Below, piece after piece: positions 27,596 through 34,045 of a DNA stretch of 34,045 bases (its first letter is position 1; the number at the start of each line of letters is the position of its first letter). The notes under the pieces were generated by a model, which did no database searches, was not told the DNA's origin, and worked only from the letters and a program-made list of their open reading frames with translations. The position numbers and the translations under genes were made by a program. The stretch is taken from NCBI GenBank assembly GCA_963788655.1, contig CAWBHS010000113.1, positions 1-34,045 of the forward strand. The letters are read 5' to 3'. The DNA comes from an uncultured Verrucomicrobiae bacterium. Lineage in GTDB: Bacteria > Verrucomicrobiota > Verrucomicrobiia > Limisphaerales > JAFGQR01.

Positions 27596-28507
27596 ATCTC
27601 TCTGTTCAAATTGGTAAACTCACCCTGCAAAACCCGGTCACCGTGGCGTCGGGTACCTTTGGTTATGGCGTGGAATACGCTCAACTCCTCGATCTCAACC
27701 AACTTGGTGCGGTCGTCGTAAAAGGCATCAGACTTGGTCCCGTTCGCGGTAACCCACCGCCGCGCACGGTCGAAGTCACCAGCGGCTTGATCAACGCGAT
27801 TGGCCTGCAAGGCCCGGGCGTGGACGGTTTCATCACGAAATACTGGCCATTTCTCAAAGGACTGAAGGTGCCCACCATCATTAACATCTGGGGCACCACG
27901 GTCGAAGAATATGCCGAAGTGGCGCGGCGGTTTGATGCGTTGGGCGGCGTGGGGGCGCTGGAACTTAATGTGTCCTGCCCCAACATCAAGGAGGGCGGCG
28001 CCCAGTTCGGCACCGACTGCAAGCTGCTCAGCCAGGTCGTGACGGCCTGCCGCAAGGCGACGACACTGCCGTTGATCACGAAGATGAGCCCCAATGTCGT
28101 GAGCATTGCTCCGTATGCCCAGGCCGCCGAGGATGCTGGGAGTGATGCGCTGTCGATCATGAACAGCTATCCGGCGATGGCCATTGATATCGAGACACAC
28201 CGGCCCCGGTTGGCGAATGTCACCGGTGGATTGACCGGCCCGTGCATCAAGCCCATCGCCATCAAGCTGGTTTGGGAAGCCGCGAAAGCCGTCGAAGATC
28301 CCGATCATCGGCATGGGCGGTATTCAGAACGCGGCGGACGCCATCGAGTTCCTGATGGCCGGCGCCTCCGCCGTGGCCGTCGGCACGGCCAACTTCTACG
28401 AACCCCAAACCGCCCTACAAGTGATCGCCGGCCTCCGCGACTTCATGCAGCGAAAAGGCTTTCAAAACGTGTGGGAACTTGTCGGCAGCATTCAAACGAC
28501 GGAGTGA
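27592..28507 (+). CDS. pyrD: Dihydroorotate dehydrogenase family 1B catalytic subunit; apparent frameshift near 28295
   Basis: NPVTVASGTFGYG, GNPPPR, NAIGLQGPG, ELNVSCPN, KMSPNV, GGLTGPCIKPIA; the C-terminus IPIIGMGGIQNAADAIEFLMAGASAVAVGTANF is in a shifted frame. Confidence 0.95.
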
Positions 28508-28514
28508 AGGGGGC

Positions 28515-28625
28515 AATCCGAAAGTAATCCGAATCCCGAAGACCGAATGGCACTACAGCTACTTGCCCGTTCGGAATTAGACTTCCAACTTCGTTCGTCC
28601 CTCGGATTTCGACCTTCCGATTTGG
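28515..28625. repeat. Heptamer-based inverted repeat cluster, family G (AATCCGA / TCGGATT)
   Basis: AATCCGAAAGTAATCCGAATCCCGAAGACCGAA faces TTCG..TCGGATTTCGACCTTCCGATTT; degenerate. Confidence 0.55.
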
Positions 28626-28634
28626 AACCATTTT

Positions 28635-29072
28635 TTATACCCGGCCGGCCTCAGATGTGGCCGTCGTGGGGTTTTGTCTCTGGCGCCGCCAAATCCATGC
28701 CGCGCGAGCCAGCAGCAGCAGCGGCGTCAGGCAAAGGGCACCGAAAATCAACGCCAATAAAACGCGAGGCCACGCGCGTTCCCATACCGTCCGCCATCGC
28801 ACGCAACTGGCAAAGGCGGTGCCAATTACCGGCACGATTGCCTGATCAAACACCCAAACGCTCAAACCGGCGCAACTCGCCAGCATCAAACCCAGCAGGG
28901 CGGAGTTCTTTCGGATGGCGCGAAACGCCAGCCAACCCGGCACGCCTACGGCTAGCAACGTCAGCAATCCGGAACAAAACCAGGCTGCGGCTTGATGATT
29001 CTCCGTCCACGGCAACCGACATCGGAGCGCGGGTGGAGCCTCAAAGAGCCGCGGCATTAAACAATGACACAT
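28635..29072 (-). CDS. Hypothetical membrane protein
   Basis: 145-aa ORF with 3-4 hydrophobic segments filling the gap; start is uncertain. Confidence 0.5.
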   Translation of the reverse strand: MCHCLMPRLFEAPPALRCRLPWTENHQAAAWFCSGLLTLLAVGVPGWLAFRAIRKNSALLGLMLASCAGLSVWVFDQAIVPVIGTAFASCVRWRTVWERAWPRVLLALIFGALCLTPLLLLARAAWIWRRQRQNPTTATSEAGRV

Positions 29073-29170
29073 TGCAGGGATATGGGCCGTTGTTAGTTCC
29101 TGGCCTCAAGCATTCACTCGGCAAAATCCTACTTCCCTGCCGCGAGGATTTGCGCTAAAAACATTCCCGT

Positions 29171-30520
29171 ATGAAATATCCCAGCTCCAAGATGGCCCGT
29201 CGCAGCTTCCTGAAAACCAGTGCCGCGGCGCTCGGCGCCACCGCTTTCGGTCTGCCGCAAATCCTCCCGTCCGGGGTGCTCGCCGCCGCGGGTCAACCCG
29301 GCGCCAATGATCGCTTAATCGTCGGCCACATCGGAGTGGGCGGCCGCGGTGGCGGCCTCTTGCAGGAAATGATGGGACTCGTGTTGCGAGGCAGAGCGAA
29401 CGTCGCGGCCGTTTGCGACGCGGACGAGCGGCGTTTGGCCAAAGCGGTGGCAACGGCTGGCGGACAGGCCCGGCCATATCGCGACTATCGCTATGTCCTC
29501 GAACGTAAGGATCTTGATGCGGTGGTGATCGCTACGCCGGACCATTGGCATGCTGTCATGACCGTTCACGCCGCCGAGAATGGCAAGCACATCTATGTCG
29601 AGAAACCGGCTTGCTGCACCATCGCCGAAGGTCAGGCCATGGTGGCTGCCGGCAAGAAGAACAAGGTCACCATCCAAGTTGGTTCGCAAGGCCGGGCCCA
29701 ACGCGAATGTTACCATGCGCATCTCTACATCGCTAACGGCATGATTGGGAAAGTGAACAAAGTCACCTGCTGGCATTACGCCAGCCCGGCGGACAACCAG
29801 CCCGTGCCGGACAGCGAACCGCCGCCGGAATTGGATTGGGATTTGTGGCTGGGGCCATTGCGTTGGCGGCCGTACAATGCCCGGTATTGCCCGGGCGTGT
29901 TCCGCTGGATCATGGAATCCGGGGGCGGCCAAATCCGCGACCGGGGCGCCCACGTGATGAGCAACGCTCTCAAGATCATGAACGCCGACCACACCGGCCC
30001 GGTATCGGTTTCTGCTACAGGCACCGTGCCCAGCAAGGGTTTGTGGGACACCGCCATGGACATGGAAGTAGTGTATGAGTTCAAGAATCCCGATTGGACC
30101 CTCGTCTGGAGCCAGCCGGGCGAACGCATTCCGTACTACAATCCCAACCGGAAGATCCGGGATGGTTACGGCGCGGTATATCATGGGGACAAGGACACGC
30201 TCATCCTCTGGGCGGGCGATGGCCAGACGTTCACCGAGCCCAAGGCCAAGGATTACGAGGTGCCGCCCGGCGGGGTGGACGTGCCCAAAGCGGTCAACTT
30301 CAACAATTATGCTGACTGGATTGAAGGCATCAAAACCGGCCGCAAAACCATCATGAACATCGAGGCCGGCGTGGCCACGGCCAACTTGTGTGTGCTGGGC
30401 AATCTCTCCCTGATTCTGGGCCGCAAGCTCAACTGGGATCCCGTACAGAACGAAATCGTGGGGGATGCGGAAGCCCGCCGCATGATGAGCCGCCCCCAAC
30501 GTTATCCGTATGTTCTGTAA
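29171..30520 (+). CDS. Tat-exported Gfo/Idh/MocA family oxidoreductase
   Basis: ARRSFLK Tat motif, IGVGGRG, DAVVIATPDHWH, HIYVEKP, VGSQGR, LDWDLWLGP, D.GAH. Confidence 0.95.
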   Translation: MKYPSSKMARRSFLKTSAAALGATAFGLPQILPSGVLAAAGQPGANDRLIVGHIGVGGRGGGLLQEMMGLVLRGRANVAAVCDADERRLAKAVATAGGQARPYRDYRYVLERKDLDAVVIATPDHWHAVMTVHAAENGKHIYVEKPACCTIAEGQAMVAAGKKNKVTIQVGSQGRAQRECYHAHLYIANGMIGKVNKVTCWHYASPADNQPVPDSEPPPELDWDLWLGPLRWRPYNARYCPGVFRWIMESGGGQIRDRGAHVMSNALKIMNADHTGPVSVSATGTVPSKGLWDTAMDMEVVYEFKNPDWTLVWSQPGERIPYYNPNRKIRDGYGAVYHGDKDTLILWAGDGQTFTEPKAKDYEVPPGGVDVPKAVNFNNYADWIEGIKTGRKTIMNIEAGVATANLCVLGNLSLILGRKLNWDPVQNEIVGDAEARRMMSRPQRYPYVL

Positions 30521-30565
30521 ATTGCCCCCGCACCGACTACCGTTAACCACCAACACCATTCGACC

Positions 30566-31204
30566 ATGAATACGAACAATTTGAAAACTGCTTCGCTCGC
30601 CGCTGCCGCGGCCACTATTGCCAGTGTCGCCCCCGCCGCTGAACAACCTTCCGTGGATGAACTGATCGCCAACCTAAAGAGCGCCGACGACAAGGTGCGC
30701 GGTCCCGCCTGGCAAGGCGCCGCGCCGTATGGCGCCCCCGCCGTCCAACCGCTCGCAGCCACGATGACGGATGATAATTTTCAAGTCGCCCGCGCTGCCA
30801 AACGTGCGCTGTGGAAGATCGTGCGCCACGCCGGCCGCCCCGGCGCAGCCGCCGAAGCCAAAGCGGTGGAAACCGCGCTCCTCCCCCTGCTGGGTAAGGC
30901 GCCGTCTTCGGTGAAGCGCGAAGTGCTCTGGATGCTTTCCGAGATCGGTGGCAACGCGGCCCTCGAACCGATGGCCGGCTTGCTGACCGACCGGGAAGTG
31001 CGGGATGATGCCCGTTGCACGCTTCAACGCATGCCGGGCGACGCTTCGCTGGCGACGCTCAAGCAGGCCTTCGCCGTAGCGCCCGAAGACTTCAAATACA
31101 ATCTGGCCGATTCCCTCCGTGCCCGCGGCGAAAAGGTGGCGGGTTACCCGAGCAAGAAACTGGTGCCCACCAAACAAACCACGGTGAAACAACCCACCAT
31201 GTGA
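30566..31204 (+). CDS. HEAT-repeat exported protein
   Basis: Signal-peptide-like N-terminus; helical repeats (KREVLWMLSEIGG..AL.PMA.LL.D.EVRDDAR..L.RMPG). Confidence 0.75.
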   Translation: MNTNNLKTASLAAAAATIASVAPAAEQPSVDELIANLKSADDKVRGPAWQGAAPYGAPAVQPLAATMTDDNFQVARAAKRALWKIVRHAGRPGAAAEAKAVETALLPLLGKAPSSVKREVLWMLSEIGGNAALEPMAGLLTDREVRDDARCTLQRMPGDASLATLKQAFAVAPEDFKYNLADSLRARGEKVAGYPSKKLVPTKQTTVKQPTM

Positions 31205-31205
31205 G

Positions 31206-32522
31206 CTACACCCGCAACAGTTTGGCCAATCCCCGACTGGACTTTAACGGGCTGACGATGGCCAGGCTCATGCGCTCCGGACGAAAACAATCCCGCGCCA
31301 CCTCGCGGACCTGCGCCGCCGTGACCTCGCGCAAGCGGCGCTTCACGTGTGCCGACGAAATCACTTTACCGTAGGCCAGCAATTGTTCGCCCAGCCACAT
31401 CATCTGGTTCTCGGTGCTCTCGAGGCTCAAATCAATCTGCCCAATCATGTAATCCCGCGCCTGGCGTAACTCGGTGGCCGTGGGCGGCTTGTCCACAAAC
31501 CGCCGCAGTTCCCGCATCGTCAGCTTCAGCGCCCGCGGCAACCGCTCCGAATCCAATCCGGCGGCAATGACCATCACGCCGACATCATCAAACAGGCTGA
31601 GGCTGCTGTGGACATTATAGGCCAGCCCCAGATCTTCGCGCAGCCTTTGAAACAGACGCGAACTCATGTTCTCGCCCAACAAGGTGTTCAGGACGCGCAA
31701 CGCGAAGCGCCGCCGGTCGCGTCGGGAAAACGTGCGAATGCCCAGCGCAATCTGCATCTGGGCCGTTTCGCGGGCGTGCAACTTAACTCTCGGGATGGAT
31801 TGGTGGTCAGTTGCCGGGGTGTATGGCGGATGGCCGCCCAAGGGCAATGCCCGCACGTAGCGTTTGACGCCGCGCAAGACCTGATCGTGCCGGACATTGC
31901 CCGCCGCGCAAATCACCATGCTGCCCGCCACATAATTTTGCTGTTGGTAGCGCAGCATTTGGACCCGGGTGAGTCGATCGATGGTGGCATTGGTGCCGGT
32001 CAGGGAACGGCCCAGCGGATGGTCTGGCCAGAGCACCTCGTTCAGAAGTTCCTCGACGTGCTGGTGCGGTTGGTCGAGATACATGGCCAGTTCTTCCTTG
32101 ATGACGCTGCGTTCCTTTTCAATCTCCCGCCGGTCGAAGCGCGAGTGCAGGAACATGTCCATCAGCACGTCCAGGAGAACCGGGAAGCGGCTGTGGTGCG
32201 CCTTGGCATAGAAGCAGGTGTTTTCCTCGGCCGTGAAGGCGTTCAGGTAACCGCCTACGCCTTCGACCGCCTCCGAAATTTCCTTGGCCGAGCGCTTCGC
32301 GGTCCCCTTGAACAGCATGTGCTCGATGAAGTGCGAAATCCCGCTCAGCGGCGCCGGTTCGTAACGCCCCCCCACGCCGACCCACAGCCCGAGACTGACA
32401 CTCGCCATGTGCGGCATTTCCGCCGTGGCCACCAACAGACCGTTGGCCAGGCGGGTGACGTGATACCGGCGATCCACTTGCCAATGGCCTCCGAGGGTCG
32501 GCGGTTCGCGATTTTCAGGCAT
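31206..32522 (-). CDS. M16 (pitrilysin/insulinase) family zinc peptidase
   Basis: LANGL, GISHFIEHMLFKGT (HxxEH), GGYLNAFT, E..VI.EE, LGENMSSRLFQRLRE..GLAY. Confidence 0.95.
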   Translation of the reverse strand: MPENREPPTLGGHWQVDRRYHVTRLANGLLVATAEMPHMASVSLGLWVGVGGRYEPAPLSGISHFIEHMLFKGTAKRSAKEISEAVEGVGGYLNAFTAEENTCFYAKAHHSRFPVLLDVLMDMFLHSRFDRREIEKERSVIKEELAMYLDQPHQHVEELLNEVLWPDHPLGRSLTGTNATIDRLTRVQMLRYQQQNYVAGSMVICAAGNVRHDQVLRGVKRYVRALPLGGHPPYTPATDHQSIPRVKLHARETAQMQIALGIRTFSRRDRRRFALRVLNTLLGENMSSRLFQRLREDLGLAYNVHSSLSLFDDVGVMVIAAGLDSERLPRALKLTMRELRRFVDKPPTATELRQARDYMIGQIDLSLESTENQMMWLGEQLLAYGKVISSAHVKRRLREVTAAQVREVARDCFRPERMSLAIVSPLKSSRGLAKLLRV

Positions 32523-32538
32523 AGCGCAAGACCCTCGG

Positions 32539-33216
32539 CTAGCCGATCTTGGTGGGCACCGCCGGCACATTCATGCGCCGTTGGTACTCGAGGATTATCC
32601 GAATGGCCTTCTGCGGATCATCGGTCAAGGTGAACAGCTCGAGGTCGCCCGGACTGACGAATTTCCGCCGCTTGAATTCGGTTTTCATCCACCGCAACAA
32701 TCCGCGCCAGTAGTCGCGCCCAATGAGGATCAACGGAAACAGCGGAATGCGTTCGGTCTGCACCAGCGTGATCAGTTCGAAGAACTCGTCCAATGTGCCG
32801 AAACCGCCGGGCATGAACACGAAGCCGATGCTGTATTTGACGAAGCAGACTTTGCGGGAAAAGAAATAGTGGAAGTTGATGGGTATGTTGACGTAACGAT
32901 TTGGCTTCTGCTCGTGCGGCAATTGGATGTTCAAGCCCACGGACTTGCCTCCCGCCTTGGCAGCGCCGCGATTGGCCGCCTCCATGATTCCTGGCCCGCC
33001 GCCGGTAATGACCACGAGATTGTTCTTCGCCAGGCCGTGCGCCAGATCGGCGGCCACCTGGTAATAACGGTCGGTGCGCGGCAGGCGGGCGGAACCGAAA
33101 ATCGTTACGGCCGGTCCCGCCGCCGCCAGGGTTTCGAACGACTCCACAAACTCCGCCATGATGCGGAAAATACGCCAGGGATCTTCACGGATAAATCCAT
33201 CCGGGTTGTAATTCAT
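32539..33216 (-). CDS. LOG family (TIGR00730) nucleotide phosphoribohydrolase
   Basis: WRIFRIMAEFV, VTIFGSAR, ITGGGPGIMEAANRGA, GLNIQLPHEQ, YFFSRK, PGGFGTLDE; ATG 33216 preceded by TTGTCA-N16-TAGATT. Confidence 0.95.
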   Translation of the reverse strand: MNYNPDGFIREDPWRIFRIMAEFVESFETLAAAGPAVTIFGSARLPRTDRYYQVAADLAHGLAKNNLVVITGGGPGIMEAANRGAAKAGGKSVGLNIQLPHEQKPNRYVNIPINFHYFFSRKVCFVKYSIGFVFMPGGFGTLDEFFELITLVQTERIPLFPLILIGRDYWRGLLRWMKTEFKRRKFVSPGDLELFTLTDDPQKAIRIILEYQRRMNVPAVPTKIG

Positions 33217-33387
33217 GGCCCCCAATCTAATGAAGCCCCCCTTGATGACAAGGATGGAAGTCCGAAGGCGCCAAGGCTTGCGTCTCCCGGAGGGACCACC
33301 AAGTACATTGGAAAACCGTACTGCGCTCGACAAGAACTGACGGTCATCGGCAGTTCCTTGGAAACGTTCGCAAAAAACTCAAAGGAT

Positions 33388-33478
33388 TGACCGCGGATTA
33401 CAGGATTACACGGATGTGGTGCCCCCCTGTTTCAGCCAACTCATCTCAACCCGGGCAATTTGTCTAATCCGTGGTTCA
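33388..33478. repeat. REP-like inverted pair, family H (CCGCGGATTACAGGATTACACGGAT / TAATCCGTGG)
   Basis: Tandem GGATTACA units facing TAATCCGTGGTTCA, just downstream of the RAYT-like gene. Confidence 0.6.
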
Positions 33479-33520
33479 AAAAGGCAACGAAGATTCAAAC
33501 GGAAGGCCCACGTAAACTCA

Positions 33521-34045
33521 TTAGGTAACGGCAGAGACGCGCAGATCCCGCAAAACGCTCAGCTCCCGCAACGGCACGCCGCGAATCGGCCGGGCTCCCG
33601 ATTGTCGCTTGACGCCGAATTTGTCCCGGTGCATCGCAAAGATTTCGTTCACAAAGGCCTTCGAGCCCAGCACAATTCCATCGGTTAAATGTCGGAGGCG
33701 CAAACGCAGGATTTGTGCCTGGCTCAGCTCACCGCCTTGAGACAACACCCGTTTGATCTGCTCGCGATCCAGAACCAATTTATCGCTTCTTCCGGCGACT
33801 CCCGCTCCCACGAACAAGCGTTTTCGATATTCAGCAGCGCCGGTCTTCCAGTCGGTGCTCTTTTGGAAGCTTAGCAATCCCGCTCGGGCCGCTTTGTTGC
33901 CGGCCAACGCCGCAGCGTAGCCACAGAAACGATACTCTTTGGGATCGTCCACCAAACCGGCGCGCACTGGATTCAGATCAATGTACGCGGCGAGGGTTTC
34001 AACTGCTCCCCGTTGATCCTCCACCAATACACTCTTGAACCGCTC
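33521..34045 (-). CDS. REP-associated tyrosine transposase (RAYT, Y1/HUH family), C-terminal part (partial)
   Basis: ERFKSVLVE...AAYIDLNPVRAGLVDDPKEYRFCGY matches the RAYT Y..NP..AG motif; C-terminal DG.VLGSK.FV extension. The HUH motif lies outside the window. Confidence 0.88.
   Translation of the reverse strand, partial: ERFKSVLVEDQRGAVETLAAYIDLNPVRAGLVDDPKEYRFCGYAAALAGNKAARAGLLSFQKSTDWKTGAAEYRKRLFVGAGVAGRSDKLVLDREQIKRVLSQGGELSQAQILRLRLRHLTDGIVLGSKAFVNEIFAMHRDKFGVKRQSGARPIRGVPLRELSVLRDLRVSAVT

Overview
GC-rich bacterial chromosomal window, most likely Verrucomicrobiota (inferred from gene content, the Verrucomicrobia-type secreted-protein C-terminal domain and the REP/RAYT repertoire). The backbone is housekeeping and carbohydrate genes: clpX end, a large glycoside-hydrolase-like protein, a DUF1573-rhodanese-MauE operon, a sialidase-like protein, purB, ROK kinase, DMT transporter, Ala/Gly symporter, typA, miaB-pyrK-pyrD, Gfo/Idh/MocA, M16 peptidase and LOG. 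Many of these carry single-base indels that look like long-read consensus errors. The accessory core at about 14.0-20.65 kb has three parts. (i) A tandem array of nested REP-like palindromes. (ii) An intact 3,544-bp IS66 element with 20/21-bp terminal inverted repeats that carries a fourth gene (DUF4338/DruA-like, Mom/GNAT-like motif) between tnpB and tnpC, translationally coupled to tnpC and with its start codon inside a perfect 10-bp hairpin. (iii) An integrase-less integron array with an attI-like site, three attC sites and four cassettes, the last being a TA cassette truncated by the IS. At least eight distinct REP-like repeat families fill the intergenic gaps, and a RAYT-type transposase lies at the right edge. 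All family assignments come from motif recognition by eye; no searches were run.
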